Of a stretch of DNA of 64,000 nucleotides, positions 54,038 through 64,000 are shown piece by piece. The DNA is taken from positions 103,354,001-103,418,000 of the forward strand of contig OX597821.1 in the NCBI GenBank assembly GCA_951406725.2. The letters run 5' to 3'. Position 1 is the stretch's first letter, and each line of letters starts with the position of its first letter. Source of the DNA: Octopus vulgaris (Eukaryota). Position numbers and translations under genes: made by a program. The notes beneath the pieces are model-generated. The model was given only the letters and a program-made list of their open reading frames with translations. It was not told the origin of the DNA and made no database searches.

Positions 54038-55639
54038 GTTATTTATTTATTTATTTATTTATTTATTTTGCTTGCAGACTGTATTGGGAGCTGAATAGAT
54101 TTTTATAACTTCAGCCAATTGATTCTGTTACTATGAGGAGTTGCGTTGAGTGTATGCATGTTAACGTGTGAAATAGTGTGTGTATGTGTGTGTGTGAGTG
54201 TGTGTGCGTGTGTGTGTGTGCGTGAGTGTGTGTGTGTGTATGTGTGTATATTTACCTAGGTACGATTATGTAATATACGTGGATTCAGATACATTTATAT
54301 GCTTGTGTACATACGCGCTTACAAATATATTTATGGATACATATCTATTTATACATGTATATGTATGTATGTGTGCGTATGTGTGTGTGTAAGTGAGTGC
54401 GTCTGTGTATATATACATGCATAGATATATATTCATATATATATATATTTATATATACGCACACACGCACACAAACACACACAAATATATACATATGAAT
54501 ATAAACATGAACATATATATATATATATATATGCATATATATTTCTACAAATATATACACAATACAAATATGTACTCAAATATATAAATATACATAAATG
54601 TGCAAATATATATATACAAACATACACAGGCATCCATGCTTTCATATACACACGTAATTACGCGCACATATACATACACATACATATAAATGTGAGCATA
54701 TGCACACAGATATACATGTACACACATACATACACATATACATACACACATACACATACAAACACACAGAGACACGAAATCTCAGAGTGTCTTCCATCAT
54801 ACAATATTATAGATATGTGATACACACACACATTCTCATAAAAGCATGCGCATACATACACATACATCTACACACACACACACACACGTCGCACACGCAC
54901 ACTCACAGACCTACGCAGACAGTGGTATACTTGATATGATATTCTACATTTAAAACTCTTGGTTGGCAAGAACATTTTTTAAATAGGCGGGTATTTAATA
55001 AGTAAATGAATGCTTTTCGTCGTGAATTAAAAGCTTAACAATGCATATATATATAGGGAGCTTCTATGGAGTGAATAATAAATACCACTACCTCTATTCA
55101 AACACGCATGATTCTATGCAACGTATATTACACTCACGCGCACGCGCGCATGCAGGTATTGGTATAAATATGCAGATACCTTTATATGCATGTGTGCACA
55201 GACAGTTTTTTTTAGGATTATTAGACGATGAATTATAGTGAATGTCAAGTGGTGTAAGAGCTGAATAATGAACGTAGTGTAAGATTCCTTACAAAAGAAA
55301 ATGCTAAACCATGACTTTCAGTTGTTCCTATCTTTAGGTTTAATCCAGATTCCGGGGCTAACTACATCAAGTATTAAGAAGCATCAAGGATCGCCTTGGG
55401 TGAGCAAACACACTGTAGCTCTTCTGATGGGTAAATCTTGGTTAGCTCCACTGGATTATGAATATTTTCGGCAGTTTAATTCCAAGATACTTACTGTAGT
55501 GTGATGATGAGTTAGCTGGCCGAAACTTCGAAGTCACTGACGGCAACATTCTCGTATAATAATATCAGATTAATAAATTTGTACTCTACAAAAGTTTAGA
55601 GTAACTCATCAGATTAATGTAAAATTCTTTTTATCTGAA

Positions 55640-55796
55640 CATAGTGGTTGTGTGGTAAGTAGCTTGCTTACCAACCACATGGTTCCGGGTTCAGTCCCAC
55701 TGCGTGGCATCTTGGGCAAGTTTAATCTACTATAGCCTTGGGCCGTCCAAAGCCTTGTGCGTGGATTTGGTAGACGGAAGCTAAAAGAAGCCCGTC

Positions 55797-55841
<45 letters not shown>

Positions 55842-56056
55842 TATATGTTTCTGTGTCTGTGTTTGTCCCCCAACATCGTTTGACAGCCGATGGTGGTGTG
55901 TTTGCGTCCCCATAACTTAGGGTTCGGCAAAAGAGTCCGATATAATAAGTACTAGGCTTAAAAAGAATAAGTCCTCGAGTCGATTTGCTAGACTAAAGGC
56001 GGTGCTCCAGCATGGCCGCAGTCAAATGACTGAAACAAGTAAAAGATTAAAAGAGT
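55640..56056 (+). mobile_element. SINE family B
   Basis: GTGTGGTAAGTAGCTTGCTTACCAACCACATGGTTCCGGGTTCAGTCCC ... (TA)n ... GAAACAAGTAAAAG. Confidence 0.9.
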
Positions 56057-56733
56057 ATGAAAACAAACAAAAACTCACACACATGCACACACGCACACTC
56101 ACACATACAAACTCATACACAAAAACGGACAGACACTCACACAATACACCCACACATATATACACACACACACATATATATATAGGCATTCGATGTGTGT
56201 TATATAATGCAATAAAGTGTTCCGCTGGTGTTCTGATCTGGTTGAGTAATAAACGCAAATTGCCACAGCGGTGAAACGTTCGTAGGGAATGACTAATACA
56301 GACTTGTGTTTATCCCGATTTCTCCGACATTTGCTCCGTATATCATAAGTAGTAATACAGCTGCGTAGATTAGTAACGAATACACGATCCTGGAAATACA
56401 CTAAATAATGATATCCTGCCTGGAGCACTAAAACCATCTGTAGTATTCATGCATCTAACAGAATACACGATCTATCTATCTGTCTATATGCATTTTACAT
56501 ATATACCCTCACACACGCGCACGCACACACATATATTACAGAAATGGTGGCTAGCTTAATACTCTGTGGATTGTTTATATATATTCCATAGTAGAATCTT
56601 ATGTCAACGACATAGGCGAATGAATAAACTATGATCATCGCTTTGCATGGGGGCATGTGGAATAAATTATGATCATCGAATAAATGATTATCATGAACGA
56701 ATAAATTATGATCATCGTTTAGTATGGGGGCAT

Positions 56734-56965
56734 GTGGAAGGGCGTGGCTTAGTGGTTAAGGCGTTGGACTCATGATCGTAAGATTGTGGTTTCGATTTTT
56801 GGACCAGGCGATGCGTTGTGTGATCTTCAGCAAAACTCTTTATTTCACGTTGATTCAGTTTGCTCAGCTGAGTAACCCTACCATGGACTGGCGTATCCTC
56901 GGGTTTGTATATATTACACCTCAGAAACCGGGAAATCGGCCCTATGAGTATATATGACTCGTAAA
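56734..56965 (+). mobile_element. A-related SINE, CORE-like body with alternative tail X
   Basis: TGGCTTAGTGG A box and tail GAAACCGGGAAATCGGCCCTATGAG, shared with 61595-61854. Confidence 0.7.
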
Positions 56966-57010
56966 GTAGCGTTTATTTATCCTCAATGTGGTGGCTATTT
57001 ATCCTGAAAA

Positions 57011-57208
57011 GGGCGACGATTTGGCAGAAACTTTAGGACGCCGGGTGAAATGCTTAGCAGTAGTTCGTCTGCCATTATCTTCTGAGGTCAAATTCCGCCG
57101 AAGTCGACTTTGCCTTTTATGCTTTCGGGGTCGATTAAATAAGAACCAGTTATACACTGTCCTTGTTTGCCGCCTCAGTGTTTAGCCCCTGTGGGCAATA
57201 AAGAAATA
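57011..57208 (+). mobile_element. Solo SINE C with C2 tail (internal deletion)
   Basis: C head with tail TTTAGCCCCTGTGGGCAATAAAGAAATAA. Confidence 0.8.
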
Positions 57209-57569
57209 AATATGGTGGCTGAGAAATCTTAAAATATCTGGGCGATTTTATTTGAATCCTTCCACATTTTAACTGGAACTTTCCACTTAAAGTGACGTTG
57301 TCATTCATGGCTTCAAGATCAATAAAACCCCTTGAGAAAGAGTTCTAATTGACAGAATCTTCCTCTACAAGTTGTGATGCTGTTTTGCAACGTGTAAGAA
57401 TTTGATAAAAACTTGAACAAAAATGGCTTCCTAATATCGTCTGATATGAATTTTAGATTAAGTTGTTTTTGATGTCGTTATATAGAAGATAGCAAATATA
57501 CTGAAAATGTCTCTCTATATTTTTATAGGTAAAGAAAAAAGAGTTGTGTGATTATTTCGTTAGGTTTTT

Positions 57570-57736
57570 GTAGGTTCAGGTGTAGCCGTGTGCGTAGGCA
57601 ACGCACTTTATAACCATGCGATTTCAGGTTCAAATCCATAGCGCAGTATATTAGGCAAACGGTTTTTAACGTGACCATGGACTGGCAAATACTTTGTGAA
57701 TGAATGTGGCACCTGGAAACTCTGTGGAAACCTATC

Positions 57737-57776
<40 letters not shown>

Positions 57777-58333
57777 CTATTATATAGAATCCGTTCTGTC
57801 TGTCTGGATGTGTGTCTTCTAGGATCTCGGGCATCTTCCATCCGATTGCGCTCAAATTTGATATGTAGATACCGACGGTATCAGAGCGTCTTGAAAAAAA
57901 TTACAAAAATCGATTCCAGGTGAGAATGCGATCGATAAAGCCGAGGGAACATGCATTTGTACGCGCATATACATCAGCTGATGCGACCGATACTACGCGT
58001 ACGCGAGAAAAATGCGCGTGCAGTTTGCGCAAAAAAAGCCGGCTGGCTTGAAATAATCTCACAAAATACAGTACATTTAAGAGACCAAAAAAGTTAGATA
58101 CAAAAGAGATATTTTCTTCAAACTTGGCATGAAGGAAGGAAAGACTATTTGGTTTCTCAAGAAGTTTTATTGCCTTAATTTAGCTTAAATCAGTGTTTCT
58201 CAAAGGGGACGCCTATGGGACGGTCTGACAAGTTGTGTTGAGAAAATTTAGTTGAAATGTTTGACAACTCAGCACCGTCCATTGGACGGGGGTAGTTTTG
58301 CTCGTATATATATATATATATATATGTTTGGAT

Positions 58334-58427
<94 letters not shown>

Positions 58428-58640
58428 GCTACATTTGTGTGTGTGTGGATGTGTCTGTGTTTGTTGCTCTTCACCACTTGACAAACCTTGCGGTTCGGCA
58501 ACGAATGAAATATTTACTAGACTCAAAATAAATAAATACTGAAGTACGAAATTTGATCTGTTCGACCAGCAGAGAACTCCGCAATGCGGTGCTCCATCAT
58601 GGCCACACGCCGACAATACCTCAAAAAGATAGAAAGAAAA
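57570..58640 (+). mobile_element. Old SINE B split by about 550 bp inserted in its (TA)n (Helitron-like 5' end at 57775)
   Basis: Head 57570-57740 and tail 58430-58640. The insert begins TCTATTATATAG ... CTGTCTGTCTG ... ATCCGATTGCGCTCAAATTTG. Confidence 0.6.
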
Positions 58641-59225
58641 AAGGCACAAAATATATTGTGTAACTTTATAATACGTTAGGGAGTGTTACGGAAGGGATTT
58701 AAGCTGCTATTTCTTGCTGGTCAATAGAGTGACCACATAGACCCTTCTTGTATTAAATGAGTGAAATCGGAAGGGGTTGGATATAAGAGATTGTAATTAA
58801 AAAGAAAGAGATAAGGAAAGGAAGAATGAAAGAAGGGAAGATAAAAATTTAGGTAGACATTGGAACCATGAGAGAACTATAAGAACATACAAACACATAC
58901 ACATACATAAAGAAAAAATGTACACAGATCTTTATATTTATACACGTACACACACAGTCATACACACACACACACACACACACACATATGGATTGTATAT
59001 GAAGTCGGTCGTTGAACGTGTTATCTACATTAATGTTTCCAGAAGGTGTGATCACTATTACTTGGAATGTATGTATGTATGTATGTATGTATGTATTTAT
59101 GTATGTATGTATGTATGTATGTATGTATTTATGTATGTATTTATGTATGTATGTATGTATGGATGGATGTGTGTGTATGTGTGTGTATGTATGCATGTAC
59201 GTATGTGTGTGTGCATATGTATGTA

Positions 59226-59272
<47 letters not shown>

Positions 59273-60056
59273 CTATGGAGAGACAGATAGAGAACAAACG
59301 GATAGAACTATATATATGTGTGTGTGTGTGTGTGTGTGAGACACATATTACAAAATCGATAAATCCATTTCAAAACGCATTTGCTTCACATTAATGGTTC
59401 TGGAAGGTGTGATTTCGGTCTCTCCCCACCTCTCCCTTTCTCTCTCTGTATGTAGGTATATATATATCAGTGTTGGTGTATGTGTGCATACTTGTGTAAG
59501 TACGGTGGTTAGCTGCCTGCAACCATAACATTACGCTCGTTTTATATACACACAAACGACATCTACCCTCTAAATTAACAAGCTTACAAGCGTTCACAAC
59601 CACACATTAGTACTAAATTATGTGAAACGGTTACTCTCTTACATCAAAACAACATAAGCATCATTCCTTCAATATCTACTTCAGTTTGTCAACCTAAAGT
59701 AATATTTATTTCTACATCACACGTACTTTAACACCTAAACATAACCATAAACCACGATCAGTCTAATTTCTATAATGCTCATCTACTTAACTCCAATGTA
59801 CCAACACAAATGTAATAGCATGCAATACATAATATAATGATATTGTAAACATAAATATCACAGGAATCTTCACAGCTATTGTCAGAACGTAGTCTCTTCT
59901 CATTTTCTGCAATGGCAGAATTAAGAAATTCCCCCGTTAATATTATGACAAGCTGTTCAGATGTGGAGTTGACACACTGTACAGTCATTTACCTCAATTG
60001 ACAACCGTTTTCCTCAAAGAATTCATGAATGAAAAACCCGAAGCCTATGGACATGG

Positions 60057-60188
<132 letters not shown>

Positions 60189-60189
60189 C

Positions 60190-60242
<53 letters not shown>

Positions 60243-61220
60243 TATTTATATATGTGTGGGTTGTGGATTAAATAGCCAAGCTTTAAGTGTACGCATTACT
60301 TTCTCTTCCATTTTCGTTTTCCCTTCTTCTTCCTCCTTCCCTTTCACCATACACGCATAATGCCTCTTTCGTATGTAATAAACCTAATATCATTTCTCAC
60401 AGTGTATATATATATATATATATATATAGATATATATTGGATGCCTTACGTGATAAACATTATTCTATGGGGATGTGATATTCTTTGAATGTAACAATAT
60501 ATGAAAAAAAGGAGCTGTGCAGGACTTACCGAAATCCCTTGAAAAAATGTTAAACCTAAACCATTTATATATTGTAACATCCAGAAGACGCCTTGCAACA
60601 TCACTATCCTAATATATCTGCATAACTGAAGTGTAAAGCTTAACAATATTGGTCCCAATTTTTGCGCATGGCCAGCTGATGTGTATGTATGTATGTATGT
60701 ATCTATGTATGTATGTATGTAAAATAGAAAATACACAGTTATATCTTGAGATAGCTATTGATAACAATACTCAAAATATAATACAGACTGGAGTTGTGGT
60801 GCTCCAAATGAACTATATTCTACTTCTTAATTTGAGCGGAGGCAATGCGAGCAGGAACTAAAGGAACATTACTAAGATCCACACACAAAGATCAAATATA
60901 TACAAATATTCATATATTCATTTATATCTACAGAAAGGATATAAAATCCGACATATATAAATATAATAATATATATATAAATAGATAAAAATCATATAAT
61001 ATATATAAATATATAAGAATCAGTGTCATATACAAAACACAGTGAATTTACGCTTAAAGGATGTATGTATGTATGTATAACAGTGTGGCTAGGTGTAAAA
61101 TACACTTAAGGGATATTAAATATCCGAAGAATTTACTGGTTTATATTTGTTTGTATATAATATTCAAATTGAATTGAATTTATAACTTCAATTTATTGTT
61201 TTGTTTTTCCATTTCTGATC

Positions 61221-61435
<215 letters not shown>

Positions 61436-61594
61436 GGATAGACAGATGGATAGATGGATAGGTAGATAGAAAGATGGATAGATAGATAGATAGAAACATG
61501 GATGGATAGAATGGATAGATAGATAGTAAGCAACAGCACGAAATAGGGGTACGTAACATATACCATATATAATATCTTAGATATTGTAAGTGGG

Positions 61595-61854
61595 GTGGAG
61601 GCACAGGGCGTAGTATTTAGAGCAGCGGACTCGGGGTCGAGGAATCGCGTGTTCGAATCTCAGACCGGGCGAAGTGTGTGTTTATGAGCGAAACACCTTA
61701 GCTTCATGCGGTTCCAGCAGAAGGTAATTGCGAACTTCTCCCGACTCCTTCGCATCTCTTTCCTCCTGCATCAAGGAGCTCACCTCTATACGCCAAGGAA
61801 ACCGGGAAACCGGCCCCCTTATGAGTCAGGCGTGGCTCGAGAAGGGATAAACAA
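61595..61854 (+). mobile_element. A-related SINE with young-type body and tail X
   Basis: Head GTGGAGGCACAGGGCGTAGT ... GCAGCGGACTCG and tail GGAAACCGGGAAACCGGCCCCCTTATGAG. Confidence 0.75.
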
Positions 61855-61886
61855 TTGTGTGTGAGTGTATTTCTGTGTATATACAT

Positions 61887-62270
61887 GGAAGCACTCTGTC
61901 GGTTACGACGACGAGGGTTCCGGTTGATCCGAATCAACGGAACAGCCTGTTCGTGAAATTAACGTGTAAGTGGCTGAGCACTCCACAGACACGTGTACCC
62001 TTAACGTAGTTCTCGGGGATATTCAGCGTGACACAGAGAGTGACAAGGCCGGCCCTTTGAAATACAGGTACAACAGAAACAGGAAATAAGAGTGAGAGAA
62101 AGTTGTGGTGAAAGAGTACAGCAGGGATCACCACCATCCCCTGCCGGAGCCTCGTGGAGCTTTAGGTGTTTTCGCTCAATAAACACTCACAACGCCCGGT
62201 CTGGGAATCGAAACCGTGATCCTATGACCGCGAGTCCGCTGCCCTAACCACTGGGCCATTGCGCCTCCAC
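61887..62270 (-). mobile_element. SINE family A (full length, TSD)
   Basis: TSD GTATATACAT at 61877-61886 and 62271-62280. Confidence 0.93.
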
Positions 62271-62782
62271 GTATATACATACACACACACACACGCTCAT
62301 ACACATACGTGCACACGCACACACACACACATGTACACATGTAAGAGTGTGCTTATACGTTCAAGACGAGTCTCAGTCTCCAAATAACGTCATAATAGCT
62401 ACATTTTTGTATGACAGCGTAGAACAATGAAAGTTAAACGATATTTTGTGTAACACCTTGACAAACGCGGGAAAATAATAGTTTCCGTCATATTGATAAT
62501 ATAAGTTTAAACGCTTCTTCTCCGCCACTTCCCTAATAAAATAAATATCGAAATGTGTTACATTTTATTTTGCTGAAGTAAATCATCATATTATATTTAT
62601 TCCTAGATGGATTGTAGATTGGTTTAAAACTATCAACGTATTTTCCCGGTGTTCATTACTGCCAATACACAGTTATAACATTTAGCACTTGCGCATTCTC
62701 TCTTCAATTTCCCTAAACACATCAGCTTAGTTTCAATATGTATATATATATGCGTGTATTTATATATGTGCCCGTGTGCATT

Positions 62783-62945
62783 GGCGCAGGCGTGGCTGTG
62801 TGGTAAGAAGCTTGCTTCCCAGCCTACATGGTTCTGGGTTCAGTGCCACTGCTCGGTACCTTGGGTAAAGTGTCTTCTACTATAGACTCGAGCCGACCAA
62901 AATCCTTGTGAGTGGATTTAGTAGATGGAAACTGAAAGAAGCCCG

Positions 62946-62992
<47 letters not shown>

Positions 62993-63393
62993 CATATATC
63001 TGCACGCATTTTTTTCTCTCCTTGTTTCTTTTCTGTGTATCTTTCTGTTGAAGAGCGTAGGCTCGAAACGTAAAAGACTTGTTTTATTTATATTCCTGAG
63101 CGCCATACTAATACAATTGTTTGTTTGTATTCCACCTGCTTTCCTCTTTTGTTTATTTTCATAAAGCTTCCCGTTATCTATATATATGTATGTATTTGTG
63201 TGTCTGTGTTTGTACTCCCAGCATAGTCTCTCAACCGAGGTTGCTATGTTTATATACCCGTAGCTTAGCGGTTCGGCAAGAGAGACCGAATGAATAAGTA
63301 ATAGGCTTACAAAGAATATGTCCTGGGGTCGATATCTTCTACTAAAATCGGTGCTTCAGCATGGTCACAGTCAAATGATTGAAAGAAGTAAGA
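62783..63393 (+). mobile_element. SINE family B with a hammerhead element nested in its (TA)n
   Basis: Head GGCGCAGGCGTGGCTGTGTGG, insert at about 63000-63178, and tail to 63393. Confidence 0.85.
63040..63077 (+). ncRNA. Minimal hammerhead-like motif, CUGUNGA variant (copy 3)
   Basis: TCTTT-CTGTTGA-A-GAGC-GTAG-GCTC-GAAA-CGTA-AAAGA, with a 5-bp stem I. Confidence 0.68.
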
Positions 63394-63660
63394 ATATATA
63401 TTATTCAATATTCCTAAGTGAGGGAGATTCTACCATTTTCTTGCCAATGTAAATACATATATATACTTATATAGCACCATACACATGATAATCTCTCTCG
63501 TTAAAATGTCACCCCGTTATTTTTGTTTTCCTTTTCATTTGGGATAATGTAATTTTCCAGTTCCATATAATATAGGTTCTTTACAAATAAATGTAATCAG
63601 TAGATTAGCCGACCAATCTTTCTACTTTTTCCTTCATCTCTTTTGAACACCCTGTTATTC

Positions 63661-63692
<32 letters not shown>

Positions 63693-63810
63693 GTCTTTCT
63701 CTTTCTCTCTCTCTATCCCTCTCTCTTTCTCTTTCACCAATGCATTTTTCTCTCTCATCCATTAACCAATATTTACAAAAGATATCATCAACTTCCTCGA
63801 TAAAAACGTT

Positions 63811-64000
<190 letters not shown>

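Overview
This is AT-rich, repeat-saturated eukaryotic DNA with no recognisable host gene. The tRNA-derived SINEs and dense (TA)n/(CA)n/(AAT)n/(TATC)n microsatellites suggest intronic or intergenic sequence from an octopus or related coleoid (inference). Most ORFs in the track are translations of simple repeats. Real coding remnants are all retroelement or transposon fragments: five 3' pieces of restriction-like-endonuclease (R4/Dong-type) LINEs in (AAT)n-rich clusters, two CR1 3' ends, a decayed L1/Tx1 ORF2 end, a Penelope GIY-YIG remnant, and mariner and Tigger remnants. Three SINE groups (labelled A, B and C here), several MITEs and Helitron/Helentron-like non-autonomous elements are also present. 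Two signals stand out. (1) About a dozen hammerhead-ribozyme-like motifs occur in several unrelated short elements, many inserted in (TA)n, including a three-copy family with a non-canonical CUGUNGA core. (2) A SINE-C tail variant repeatedly joins to the same two points in the head of its own family, building head-to-tail arrays. Coordinates were read by eye, and ends of diverged elements are approximate.
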